Source of the DNA: an uncultured Prevotella sp.
GTDB lineage: Bacteria; Bacteroidota; Bacteroidia; Bacteroidales; Bacteroidaceae
Direction: 5' to 3'
DNA: 64,000 bases
Assembly: GCA_945834405.1 (NCBI GenBank)
Contig: CAMAHD010000002.1
Location: 2,645 to 66,644 of the forward strand
The position numbers and the translations under genes were made by a program. Positions 20,201-28,554 of the stretch are shown one piece after another. Position 1 is the first letter of the stretch. Each line of letters opens with the position of its first letter. The notes below the pieces were generated by a model. That model saw nothing but the letters and a program-made list of their open reading frames with translations, was not told the origin of the DNA and did no database searches.

Positions 20201-20413
20201 GGACAGCAATACGGTCCCTACAACAGAGATGTCTGTAAACAGTTGGTCACCAGAGGTCAGCTCACTCCCCAGACCATGGTATGGATGGAAGGTATGGCTG
20301 CATGGACTCCTGCCGGACAAGTCCAAGCCCTGCAATCACTCTTTGCACCGGCTATGCCCGACCTGCCTCCTACAGGAATGCCACCCATGCCTCCTGTCAT
20401 GCCTCCTATGTAA
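17300..20413 (+). CDS. Tubulin/FtsZ-like GTPase (Tubulin_2/FtsZl1-like) with long helical region and C-terminal GYF_2 (DUF4339)-like domain
   Basis: T1 loop ILVGLGGTGGKI, LYIDST, AAGQKRRAGRLLF, tubulin signature GLCGGTGSG and NGYAAMNELN. C-terminal YLNGQQYGPY...LTPQTMVWMEGMAAWTPA flanked by Pro-rich segments. Confidence 0.88.
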   Translation: MPQQSFCTANHILVGLGGTGGKILRAFKMRMFEEFPTQEERDKQPVALLYIDSTDEMMPKDGKARADFRVMGQDASFTNNEFLNIKAVDVEHILDHINNYPSVKGIVSNVSAVKSAIGSLGQAAGQKRRAGRLLFAANAVGYINTLRDANARCEQISSSTNELNIHIFAGLCGGTGSGSVIDVLLQSRKAFPNAKISVYAMIPEMNLPKADMDQGRYYQNGYAAMNELNSIQAGRFFPQDVTGGGEARLFNDRIKGVADGLTIYSNVNENGLTINSLTELPKIVSDYIFARIFFINEQDAVNSDIIRAYNFENMDDFAYEYDEAGIPDANGRIPVARTKKINTFGIKRVIYPELRVLKHITYTVGESVLYQFKYNNWRENQGFVNEERNKDYRKEYLNKDNLTLWMLDDPHLTLETKILEADTDYPTFNDYWHDKAMGYAEEAKKASCPLNELDNIMAEFFESHFREEGVAKFYEGKERVLPELSREIRHTIESGLFEKWKIGDISIVELQKVSKLLLERIGEIRKELVQKAKETKDNYDAIDQDCKDNVSEWSKLNILQRMVNVGARRYAEHQTLLTDYYTAKTMMVALDFAQKLAAKVFIEIGKMDADISSFAQKINDAIEETERLVMAQRKVNKGLEDMKGAIIEVSEEEGMAEFETDIQIDKIEMPNIARQLRETILPKEDFINFGRLANEISIDEIKDAFDIKLSEIIKSKHAEKADSEDKVLGLNILTQLQQKLKTEDDIKAFATTIVNQSGVYLRLDNDQIQLHLRNNEGNLSPTNPASINKKSILVSIPSPDENESQKRFADKLENAFKNSFNQSTARTTITVNRKSPRKDELSIITVAYCFPMRAIEWMKTYKERYERFLHTGNPSTDVGNAILLHSEGDGSQLASLYAVENPEEIAREKLAEQERNRQQQQPVTNPGNQSTVLPGTSPTPPPVSPTPPSIDLPPVAEPELKLYLYLNGQQYGPYNRDVCKQLVTRGQLTPQTMVWMEGMAAWTPAGQVQALQSLFAPAMPDLPPTGMPPMPPVMPPM

Positions 20414-20523
20414 TGTTGAAGCGTCTTTCGGTATCGACCGTTGACTTCGCAAGCTGGCAAGACAAACAGACATTCTTTGTAATTCATTTTAAATCATCCA
20501 GTTGAAAATTAAATTAATATTAT

Positions 20524-21213
20524 ATGGCAACAACAAAATCAGATCGTATACGCTACAGATACGGTATGTGTCTGAACGAAAAATGCGACAAATGTAAGAC
20601 AAAAGAGGTTCAGCAAATCTCAGCGCACAAAGATTTCGTATGTGCTGAATGTGGAAAAAATCTACGCGAGTGTCCTCCTCCCAAGCCCCCAAAACCATGG
20701 GGCCTTTACGGAGGTATCGGTGCAGCTGTCATCGCAGCAGGTATCGGTGCGGGCATCTATTTCGGAGGAAACAATACTGACGGCAACAAGACAGGAGTAG
20801 ACTCCTTAGGTGCTGATACGACCATCGTTACTCCCCCTGACACAAGCATCGTCACACCAGACCCAGATTCTGTGAAGCAACCTATTAAAGATGGAGGCGA
20901 AACCGGCAAGGACGACACCGGCACAACGGTAAAAACCGGTGGAGGTGAGAAAAAGCCAGTAAACAAACCACAACCAGGCGTGAGATATCAAGGAACAATC
21001 CAATTGGCATACGGCCAGTATTCGGGAGAACTGGTGGACGGCAAACCAGACGGTGCCGGCACACTGACCTACACTCGCTCGCATCAGGTTGTCAACAGCA
21101 AAGATGTAACAGCCGAGAAAGGTGATCGCATAGAGGGTACATTCCAAAATGGACAACCTCTGTTGGTAACACTCTTCCGCACCAATGGCGAAACTATCCC
21201 TGTGAAGAGATAA
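20524..21213 (+). CDS. Bitopic membrane protein: Cys-rich Zn-ribbon-like N-terminus, polyproline, TM, linker, MORN-like C-terminal domain
   Basis: CLNEKCDKC...CAECGKNLREC, PPPKPPKPW, TM GIGAAVIAAGIGAGIYF and YSGELVDGKPDGAGTLTY. Confidence 0.78.
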   Translation: MATTKSDRIRYRYGMCLNEKCDKCKTKEVQQISAHKDFVCAECGKNLRECPPPKPPKPWGLYGGIGAAVIAAGIGAGIYFGGNNTDGNKTGVDSLGADTTIVTPPDTSIVTPDPDSVKQPIKDGGETGKDDTGTTVKTGGGEKKPVNKPQPGVRYQGTIQLAYGQYSGELVDGKPDGAGTLTYTRSHQVVNSKDVTAEKGDRIEGTFQNGQPLLVTLFRTNGETIPVKR

Positions 21214-21226
21214 AATCTTTCTCACC

Positions 21227-22330
21227 ATGATGAAGAAAACGTTTCTATTGATTCTGCTCTGCCTTTCTTGGATGACTACTCAGGCACAAACCTTTGCCAA
21301 TGAGTATCTGAAAGAGTTGGGCACATGTATAGGACTTCAACAATTTGAAGGTCTCAAGCCTGGGGTATACACCCATTTGAGATACCGTCAACGTCCGTTA
21401 TCTGTACGTGTCAATCAATGGAACGAGATAGAACACATCGGACTGCTGCTCTTTCCACAAGGGATAAGAGCAGCTCGTCCGATGCCTGTTTACGATTTTC
21501 TGGAAAGATACCTCTTGTCCAGAAATGCCATTCCTGCCAACAGCGAGTATGGTACCAAACTGGCATGGGAAAATGTACACTTTGCGACAGGCAGCTACCA
21601 AACCGCTCTTTCATTGGATACCACGTGCATGTTCTCAGAGAGTCACGTCGACCTGAAAGTATATAAGGTGGCATGGAAAAAGAGTGGGAAGAAAGTACTG
21701 GAGATGTCTTTTCTCATGGATTGGCAACTGCTGGTAGGTTGCAATGCAAAAGAACTGGAAGCCTCGCTTTTCAAGAATCTCCAACGAACTGTCAGAAGGG
21801 GAAAAACCGACACACCGCTATCTTTACCTGTGGACGGAACAGAATACAAACAGGAAGGCAAAAGCTTCATCATGCCGCTTATTAACAACAATCTCTATTT
21901 CAGCCGTCCTAACACAGACGCACCTTGGACCCTTACATCAAGTCCCCAGAAACCAGCCCGAAGCATTACAAACATACTGCTATCAGAAGCTGCTACGACG
22001 CCACTAAAGGTACATATTACCCTGAACAGATATGGGTTGCGCACCTATAGTTGCACCATTGACTATCGCATTTTTCTGCAGTACTGTCAAGATGAAGGCT
22101 GCATAGCCTATTGCGGTATCAAGGAAAAGACGGAGACAGAATACCGATGCACCGTTTTGATGGTCAATCAGTTAGGAGGCTATGCCCACTTATTGAGCAT
22201 CGATGTTCCTGTCAGCGTACTGGAAAAAGACAGCGATGCTATTTCTCAAGCCCGTATACACTCCTATATCCCTCTCCACAATGTCACAGCACAAATGGCG
22301 GAGAGTAATGAATATGAACCTGTTAATTAA
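21227..22330 (+). CDS. Exported hypothetical protein
   Basis: Signal peptide MKKTFLLILLCLSWMTTQA|Q. 367-aa ORF in the operon. Confidence 0.8.
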   Translation: MMKKTFLLILLCLSWMTTQAQTFANEYLKELGTCIGLQQFEGLKPGVYTHLRYRQRPLSVRVNQWNEIEHIGLLLFPQGIRAARPMPVYDFLERYLLSRNAIPANSEYGTKLAWENVHFATGSYQTALSLDTTCMFSESHVDLKVYKVAWKKSGKKVLEMSFLMDWQLLVGCNAKELEASLFKNLQRTVRRGKTDTPLSLPVDGTEYKQEGKSFIMPLINNNLYFSRPNTDAPWTLTSSPQKPARSITNILLSEAATTPLKVHITLNRYGLRTYSCTIDYRIFLQYCQDEGCIAYCGIKEKTETEYRCTVLMVNQLGGYAHLLSIDVPVSVLEKDSDAISQARIHSYIPLHNVTAQMAESNEYEPVN

Positions 22331-22339
22331 CCATCCAAT

Positions 22340-23098
22340 ATGAATTATAATAAGTATTTCATAGCACTACTGTCACTCTTCATCACGATTCCTCAGTTGT
22401 CTCATGCTCAGAATACACGTATTGAGGAACAGAAAAAACAGATTAATGAGGTGAAGAAAAGTGACAAATATCTTTACGGCGAAGCCACTTTGGGAGACAA
22501 GCAATCGGCTATTGACTTAGCAAAAGAACTTTTGTATGAAAACATCAACAAATGGGTAAGTACCCAGAAAAAGTTTGCTACAGCCGAGAAGATGGTTACC
22601 ATCAACACCAATTATTCTATTGACGAATTGACACTGCCACGTGGCAATATGTTCAGGGCATTTATGTATGTCAAGAAGTCGGACATTATCCCAGCAACTA
22701 ATGTCCAGACGACAGATATATCAGCAGAACAACGCCGTCTGGCTTCACAGACTCCAGACGATACCGTTACAAAGCCTGTCAAAGCATCTAACGATGAAGA
22801 CCCGCAGAAATCTCTACAGGAGAATGCCGTTGTGAAAGACCTTCTACGCATGACCAATACAAGTGAATTAGGTGCCTTGCTCAAACAACGCAAACAACAA
22901 GGCAGTATATTGGAATACAACAAGCTGAGCGCACTGCAAAATCCTGAAAACTACCTGATGGTAATATTCAACAAGGAACAGAAGGTAGAAGCCGTTCTCA
23001 GCGACGGCATCAATCGCATCAACCTGAAGAGTGGCGCAGCAGATTCCTTACAGAATTACAAAGGACGAGGTGCGATAGGTGTGAAAATCAAGAAATAG
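22340..23098 (+). CDS. Exported hypothetical protein (N-terminus weakly LPP20-like)
   Basis: Signal peptide ending SHA|Q. VKKSDKYLYGEA...AIDLAKELL and RAFMYVKKSD segments. Confidence 0.75.
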   Translation: MNYNKYFIALLSLFITIPQLSHAQNTRIEEQKKQINEVKKSDKYLYGEATLGDKQSAIDLAKELLYENINKWVSTQKKFATAEKMVTINTNYSIDELTLPRGNMFRAFMYVKKSDIIPATNVQTTDISAEQRRLASQTPDDTVTKPVKASNDEDPQKSLQENAVVKDLLRMTNTSELGALLKQRKQQGSILEYNKLSALQNPENYLMVIFNKEQKVEAVLSDGINRINLKSGAADSLQNYKGRGAIGVKIKK

Positions 23099-23142
23099 GC
23101 AGACAACATTTCAGAACGAGAAAAACATAAACAACAGTACTA

Positions 23143-24183
23143 ATGACAGATAAGAAGAATATGAATAGGATGAGACGTTTGTATTTAGCTATGTTGATAC
23201 TCCTGATGCCGCTTTGCGTCAAGGCTGTCAATGTAACAATCACATTTGATGAAGGTTTCCCAAAACCAGCCGTCACAGAAAAGATTCAACAGAATTTAGC
23301 TGCTGTTCTGACAGAAATCAATGCGGCATACCAAGGAAAGCGAAACATCAACACCATTGGTCTGAAGATGGACGACCATAGTAAAAAAATGTTAGTGACC
23401 ATGTGGGAGACCATGCACTTCTATTGCGATGACGAGGAAGTCGTTGACCGCTGCTGGCCATTGAAGAACAGTTATCTTCTTCGTGGCATTCCCCTGATTG
23501 CCGACCCTCAGGACGAAGCATTTGCCGGTGGACAATATCAAGAGGCAGTGGTTGAATTTGACAAGAATGGCAACATTATCGATTTTCGTCTGAAACTGGA
23601 CGCACAGCTCTCAGAAAGCATGGAGCGTTGTGGCAATGTAGTGGAAACAGAGAGAAGGATGAAAATCCTTGACTACGTTGAACAATTCCGTACGGCTTAC
23701 TGTACGAAAGACATCAAATTCATGGAACAGATTTTCAGCGAGGATGCAGTCATCATTACCGGTACAGTCATCAAGACACGTCCCAACGACTTGAACCAAT
23801 CAAATACTAAAGTGGTATATAACCGTCAGAACAAGCAGCAATATCTGACCAATCTGCGCCGTGCTTTTCTGCGCAACAAATTCATTGATGTCAAGTTCAG
23901 TGAGATAGGTGGAGATGCAGACAATGGCGGTTGTCCCGGTATCACCCGTTCTGCCAATAATCCCAACTTCTATGGTGTGAGATTACGACAGGAATGGAAA
24001 TCCAGCAATTACAGTGACGAAGGCTATGTATTCTTGCTGTGGGACTTTACCAACGAAGACGAGCCCGTCATTCAAGTGCGCACCTGGCAGCCTTCCTACA
24101 TACCAGCAGCGGGAGGTCAGAAGAAAAAGATTGCAGAAGAAGATATCTTTGACATCAGTTCTGTAGAAGAAATGATACAATAA
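23143..24183 (+). CDS. Exported protein with C-terminal NTF2/SnoaL-like domain
   Basis: Signal peptide ending VKA. ILDYVEQFRTAYCTKDIKFMEQIFSEDAVIITG followed by beta-strands (YGVRLRQEW, DEGYVFLLWDF). True start may be 23161 or 23170. Confidence 0.72.
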   Translation: MTDKKNMNRMRRLYLAMLILLMPLCVKAVNVTITFDEGFPKPAVTEKIQQNLAAVLTEINAAYQGKRNINTIGLKMDDHSKKMLVTMWETMHFYCDDEEVVDRCWPLKNSYLLRGIPLIADPQDEAFAGGQYQEAVVEFDKNGNIIDFRLKLDAQLSESMERCGNVVETERRMKILDYVEQFRTAYCTKDIKFMEQIFSEDAVIITGTVIKTRPNDLNQSNTKVVYNRQNKQQYLTNLRRAFLRNKFIDVKFSEIGGDADNGGCPGITRSANNPNFYGVRLRQEWKSSNYSDEGYVFLLWDFTNEDEPVIQVRTWQPSYIPAAGGQKKKIAEEDIFDISSVEEMIQ

Positions 24184-24251
24184 GACGAAAAATAGCCTGA
24201 AAAGATCAGACTAAGCGAAAAAAACTATCAATTATCTAAATCAGACAAACC

Positions 24252-25808
24252 ATGAGACGATTAAGATTACAGATTTTGGGTATATTAATCATGTTAACCT
24301 GCACCGCATGGGCCCAGTCGTCGGTCATTTCAATTGTAAAAGAAAGCCAGACGGTCAAAGCCCCCGAACTCAAGGGAAAGGGCGGTGTTATCTTCCGTTC
24401 TGAGAGGAGCGACCTTTCAATCACTACAGCAACCAAAGGAGACCCTGTATCTGGAACGCCCAAGAAAGCGGGTAAGCTCTACGAATATGAGTTACAGATA
24501 GAAATCAGCAAAACCGGAACCTCCAATAACAGAGTCTTTACCGTTGCACAGCAAGGCACTGCCATCAGTGAAAAGACAGGTCAAGTGAAGATGAAGGCGG
24601 ACCAATATCAGTATTTCAAAGTAGAAATGGTCAAGAAGCCTATCGTTCTGGAAGCATCGCCCGATGCAAAAGGTTATTTCCAATCAGGATGTGCTCTGAT
24701 AGAAATCAACAGTGAGATACCCATGACGTTGACTTATGACAAGAATATCAAAAAAGAACATAAAGCACAGAGGCGTAACCGTTCAGGAGCATACGTCGAC
24801 TCTCTGGTCATTGTTGTAGACAGCATCAAGAAAGTGATTGAAGAAGATAATACTCTGAATGCTCTCATCCAGACTGAAAACGAGAAATTAGACCAACTGA
24901 TTTCTAATAATGCCTCTGAAGATGTCATCAACACCCAGGATTCAAAAGTGAAGGCTTTAGAAAAAAAGAAAGACATCATTGAAGCGAAACTCAGTGCCCG
25001 ACTGAATATTGAATTGAAGGGTGAAGGTACAAACACCGTCATCATTGAGCCAGAAGCAATCAGAGGCTTGAATTCAAAAGACAAGTTGTGCTACAATGTT
25101 TTGGTTGTTTCCAAAGAGGTAAAGGTGTTCAAGACCAAATATGAAGAAATGGTCAGTCAGGCAGAAAGCCACATGAAGAACCGTGACTACGCTACGGCAC
25201 AGCAGTATTACACCAGCGCCATGACAGCCGAAGGAGCTACGGCCACAGACAAGGAGGCAGCCAAGAGCAGCGCTGAAAAAATGGGCAGGTTGGCAACTGT
25301 CAAAGCCGAAACAGACAAATATGCAGATAAGCTGTACGAGATATCACAAAGCAATGAAAAAGTCAACAAGGAAGCCCTCTTCAACCTGATTGACCAGATT
25401 GCAGAGCGCTATGATGCGCTTTACAACGAGACGGGAGATCAATTCTACAAGAATGAGGCATCAAACCTCAGGGCACAGAAGACGAAAGTGGGTTTTGTAG
25501 TCAAAGGACGTTTTGTTATCAGCGAATACAAAGGAGGCAGACTCTTGGAAACACCTGTCACTAACGTGAAAATATATGGCAGTTCGGACGTGGCGAACGA
25601 GAAAATGAAGAAAAAGAGCTACATAGGAAAAGGCACTTTGATTACCACTGTTACTGCCTCTGACGGAAGATTCAGCATCAATTTGCAACCGGGTCAATAC
25701 AATACCCTCATCTTTGAAGCAAACAACTCTGACATTGAGGAAAATAAGTATGTAGACATGATTGACAAGTCAACGGATTTGAATTTCAAGGTAAGATTCA
25801 AGAAATAA
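24252..25808 (+). CDS. Exported multidomain protein (beta domains, coiled coil, TPR-like helices, C-terminal carboxypeptidase-regulatory-like domain)
   Basis: Signal peptide ending AWA|Q, TPR-like YEEMVSQAESHMKNRDYATAQQYYTSAM, and TTVTASDGRFSINLQPGQYNTLIF. Confidence 0.72.
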   Translation: MRRLRLQILGILIMLTCTAWAQSSVISIVKESQTVKAPELKGKGGVIFRSERSDLSITTATKGDPVSGTPKKAGKLYEYELQIEISKTGTSNNRVFTVAQQGTAISEKTGQVKMKADQYQYFKVEMVKKPIVLEASPDAKGYFQSGCALIEINSEIPMTLTYDKNIKKEHKAQRRNRSGAYVDSLVIVVDSIKKVIEEDNTLNALIQTENEKLDQLISNNASEDVINTQDSKVKALEKKKDIIEAKLSARLNIELKGEGTNTVIIEPEAIRGLNSKDKLCYNVLVVSKEVKVFKTKYEEMVSQAESHMKNRDYATAQQYYTSAMTAEGATATDKEAAKSSAEKMGRLATVKAETDKYADKLYEISQSNEKVNKEALFNLIDQIAERYDALYNETGDQFYKNEASNLRAQKTKVGFVVKGRFVISEYKGGRLLETPVTNVKIYGSSDVANEKMKKKSYIGKGTLITTVTASDGRFSINLQPGQYNTLIFEANNSDIEENKYVDMIDKSTDLNFKVRFKK

Positions 25809-25872
25809 ACTAACAACGTAACATACAATTCATATCAATAACCTAATTAAATCAACTAAATTATCATTTATC

Positions 25873-26619
25873 ATGAAAAAGTTTTTAACATGTATTGCAT
25901 GTGCTTTGGCAATGACCATCGCCATGCCTACAAGCTCATTCGGTGCAGACAAGAAGAAGGAAAAGAAGGCTAAGAAAAAGGCAGAATGGGTACTTCCCGA
26001 GCTGACTGGCAACGAGGGTTTTGACACATACCTTCTGAAGTGCGACACTCTGAATACCAAAATCAAGAGCTACTGCGACAGTATTGAATTTTACGAAATG
26101 GCAGAGATTACCGTAATTGATGAAACTGGAGAAAAAGACATCCAGTATGCTATTGTCAATGAAGCCGGTGAGTTGCGCAGTTCCAACAAGGCATTCAAGC
26201 AGAACATGGACATTATTCTGGCTTATCCTCTTATAGCAGCTGACATAACCGGTCTTGCTGCATATACAGCCACAGCCACAGCTTCTTTGCCCAGCCTTGG
26301 CATGAAGGCTCTCTCGTATGGTAAATATGTCAAGAGCGGTCCCAGCATTATTGGTGACGGTTTCCAAGAAATGAAGAAGATTTACAAGAAAGCACGCGGA
26401 CAAGCCAAACAAATCAAGGCACTGAAAGAAGGTAAGATTGACGAAATACCAGCCATTCAGGCAGAGATTAACGGTGGAGATGTAGAGGCAGGAGCAGCTA
26501 CACTCCGCAAGATAGAAATGTCTAAGGCTGATTTTGAAAAGCAGCTTAATATCATCAAGAAGGTGGATGAAGAAAATGCGGGTGCATTGGAGCAGAATAT
26601 TCCTGAGACGGACGTATAA
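25873..26619 (+). CDS. Exported helical hypothetical protein
   Basis: Signal peptide, Lys-rich mature N-terminus and a central apolar segment. Last gene before the terminator. Confidence 0.78.
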   Translation: MKKFLTCIACALAMTIAMPTSSFGADKKKEKKAKKKAEWVLPELTGNEGFDTYLLKCDTLNTKIKSYCDSIEFYEMAEITVIDETGEKDIQYAIVNEAGELRSSNKAFKQNMDIILAYPLIAADITGLAAYTATATASLPSLGMKALSYGKYVKSGPSIIGDGFQEMKKIYKKARGQAKQIKALKEGKIDEIPAIQAEINGGDVEAGAATLRKIEMSKADFEKQLNIIKKVDEENAGALEQNIPETDV

Positions 26620-26644
26620 TCAATTCCAAATCCGAGTATAACAG

Positions 26645-26690
26645 AAGCGACTGTCACTTCCCGTTGAAGTGGACAGTCGCTTTTTCTTTA
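26645..26690 (+). terminator. Rho-independent terminator closing the tubulin-like operon
   Basis: AAGCGACTGTC-ACTTC-ccgtt-GAAGT-g-GACAGTCGCTT followed by TTTCTTT. Confidence 0.85.
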
Positions 26691-26724
26691 CATCGTTTAC
26701 GCCATGGCATCATGCCATATATGC

Positions 26725-28554
26725 TTACAACGTCTGCATGTCGTTGAGTTTCTTGTAGTAGCCGCCTTTGGCGAGCAGTTCCTCATGGGTGCCCCGCTCT
26801 ACAATCTCGCCTTCATGGATGACACAGATTTCGTCAGCACACTTGATGGTGGAAAGACGGTGAGCAATAGCGATAGTGGTGCGAGTCTTCATCAGTTTTT
26901 CAAGCGCATCTTGCACCAAGCGCTCACTTTCTGTATCTAAGGCAGAAGTAGCTTCATCGAGAATCAGGATAGGAGGATTTTTCAAAATGGCACGTGCTAT
27001 ACTGATACGCTGACGCTGACCGCCCGAGAGGCGACCACCACGATCACCGATATTCGTGTCAAAACCCTCTTCCGACTGCATGATAAAGTCGTAGGCATTT
27101 GCTATTCTGGCAGCCTCGTCCAACTGCTCTTGAGTAGCATGGTCAACACCAAAAGAGATATTGTTTCGGAAAGAGTCGTTAAATAGGATAGCCTCTTGAT
27201 TGACGTTACCTATCAGTTGTCTCAGGTCATGAATTCCCAAATCTCTGATATTGACACCGTCAATCAGCACCTCTCCTTCCTGAACATCATAGTAACGAGG
27301 AATCAGGTCGACAAGCGTAGACTTTCCGCCACCACTCTGCCCCACCAATGCAATTGTTTTTCCTTTTTCAATCTTCAGATTGACATGGCGCAGCACCCAT
27401 TTCTGATCATATTTGAACGAAACATCCCGAAATTCGATACAATGATTGAAACCATCAATGTGTTTGGGGTGTTCCAGTTCCTTGATGGGGTTCTCAGCCT
27501 TCAGAATCTTGTCTATACGCTCCATGGAAGCCAGACCCTTAGGGATATTATATCCTGCCTTGGAAAAATCCTTTAAAGGATTGATAATACTATAGAGAAT
27601 AACCAGATAATAGATAAAAGCAGGACCCGTCAACGTCATATTGTTGAGCACCAGCCATCCACCAAACCAGAGGACAATGACAATAAGGACCGTTCCGAGG
27701 AACTCGCTCATAGGGTGTGCCAATGACTGTCTGACACCTACGTTGACCAGATTGCGGCACAGCTCATTATTCACTTTCGCAAAACGCCTGTTGATTTTAT
27801 CCTCTGCGCAGAAAGCCTTGATAATTCGCAAGCCGCTGAGCGTCTCCTCCACCTGACTCATCGTGTCGCTCCATAGACCTTGTGCTTTAAGAGACTTTGC
27901 CTTGAGTTTTCGTCCTACTACGCCCATGACCCATCCCATCAGAGGAACGACACAGAGTGTAAACACCGTCAGTTGCCAGTTGATATAGATAAGTGTTGCA
28001 AAATAGGTTATAATGAGTATCGGATTCTTGAACAGCATCTCTAAAGAAGCCATGATTGAATTTTCCACTTCTGCCACATCACCCGTCATACGAGCTATCA
28101 AGTCACCCTTTCTTTCTTCCGTGAAGAAGCCAAGAGGCAGAGATGTTATCTTATGATAGAGCGTGTTTCGTATGTCGCGTACGATACCCTGACGCATGGG
28201 GATGATAGAAGATGCTGCCGCAAAGTACATGCCCGTCTTGATGAAAGTCATGAATGCCAGCAACAGACCTATAAACAGCAAGGTAGTAGAAGCCCCATAG
28301 GTGTCTATCACCTGTTGCACATAATAATTGGCATTATTGGCAAGCACCTCTTTGGCATCCCCACTGCCCCACTCCATAGGAGCTGTTGCCCGCTCCGTTT
28401 CTCCGGTCTGGAAAAGTATCTGCAGAATAGGTATCAGCGTAGCAAAGGAAAAAATATTCATGATAGCCGACAACAGGTTGAAGAGAACTGTCATGAACAG
28501 ATAACGACGGTAAGGCGGCACAAAGCGCCTCATCAACAGGAAAAACTCTTTCAT
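26725..28554 (-). CDS. ABC transporter ATP-binding/permease (MsbA-like)
   Basis: Transmembrane domain plus Walker A GQSGGGKST, signature LSGGQRQR and ILDEATSALD. Confidence 0.92.
   Translation of the reverse strand: MKEFFLLMRRFVPPYRRYLFMTVLFNLLSAIMNIFSFATLIPILQILFQTGETERATAPMEWGSGDAKEVLANNANYYVQQVIDTYGASTTLLFIGLLLAFMTFIKTGMYFAAASSIIPMRQGIVRDIRNTLYHKITSLPLGFFTEERKGDLIARMTGDVAEVENSIMASLEMLFKNPILIITYFATLIYINWQLTVFTLCVVPLMGWVMGVVGRKLKAKSLKAQGLWSDTMSQVEETLSGLRIIKAFCAEDKINRRFAKVNNELCRNLVNVGVRQSLAHPMSEFLGTVLIVIVLWFGGWLVLNNMTLTGPAFIYYLVILYSIINPLKDFSKAGYNIPKGLASMERIDKILKAENPIKELEHPKHIDGFNHCIEFRDVSFKYDQKWVLRHVNLKIEKGKTIALVGQSGGGKSTLVDLIPRYYDVQEGEVLIDGVNIRDLGIHDLRQLIGNVNQEAILFNDSFRNNISFGVDHATQEQLDEAARIANAYDFIMQSEEGFDTNIGDRGGRLSGGQRQRISIARAILKNPPILILDEATSALDTESERLVQDALEKLMKTRTTIAIAHRLSTIKCADEICVIHEGEIVERGTHEELLAKGGYYKKLNDMQTL

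Noticed and set aside
17300-20413. Calling the tubulin-like gene ftsZ
   Set aside because: It is far longer than FtsZ, lacks the FtsZ T7 motif and C-terminal peptide, and is not in a dcw cluster.
16430-26720. Prophage or integrative-element origin for the tubulin operon (PhuZ/TubZ-like)
   Set aside because: I found no integrase, att-like direct repeats, tRNA target, replication genes or phage structural genes, and the architecture differs from the small PhuZ/TubZ proteins.
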